The notes under the pieces: model-generated
Told to the model about the DNA's origin: nothing
What the model saw: the letters and a program-made list of their open reading frames with translations, nothing else
Databases searched by the model: none
Shown: positions 63,986 through 64,000 of the stretch, piece after piece
How positions within the stretch are numbered: the first letter of the stretch is position 1
Layout of the letters: the number at the start of each line of letters is the position of its first letter
Program-made: the position numbers and the translations under genes
Assembly (NCBI GenBank): GCA_951406725.2
Contig: OX597837.1
Location: 21,762,001-21,826,000, forward strand
Direction of reading: 5' to 3'
DNA from: Octopus vulgaris
Lineage: Eukaryota
Length of the DNA: 64,000 bases

Positions 63986-64000
63986 GAGAGAATAAAAAAA

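Overview
AT-rich, repeat-dense animal DNA, most likely a coleoid cephalopod (Octopus), judged from the SINE families and (TA)n/(CA)n density; this assignment is an inference. Two host genes are supported, both on the minus strand. One is the first coding exon of a TDP2-like gene (10391-10534; later exons not found in the window). The other is a 1250-aa PRRT3/PRRT4-like orphan 7TM protein encoded in one exon (31548-35300). The rest is tRNA-derived and RTE-tailed SINEs, fossil LINEs (RTE, CR1), fossil DNA transposons (piggyBac/PGBD, Merlin, maT, mariner, hAT MITEs, Helitron), Gypsy-type LTRs and microsatellites. Most notable: (1) several palindromic Penelope-type termini carrying minimal type-I hammerhead ribozyme motifs, including a perfect 158-bp palindrome and an apparent G3:C8 core variant; (2) a circularly permuted, inverted ~1.9-kb duplication (X-Y-Z-X versus inverted Z-X-Y) upstream of TDP2; (3) a sense-oriented PGBD3-like piggyBac relic with candidate splice acceptors in TDP2 intron 1; (4) an unclassified element without terminal inverted repeats inside a CR1 tail. 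All calls come from reading the sequence by eye; repeat boundaries are approximate.
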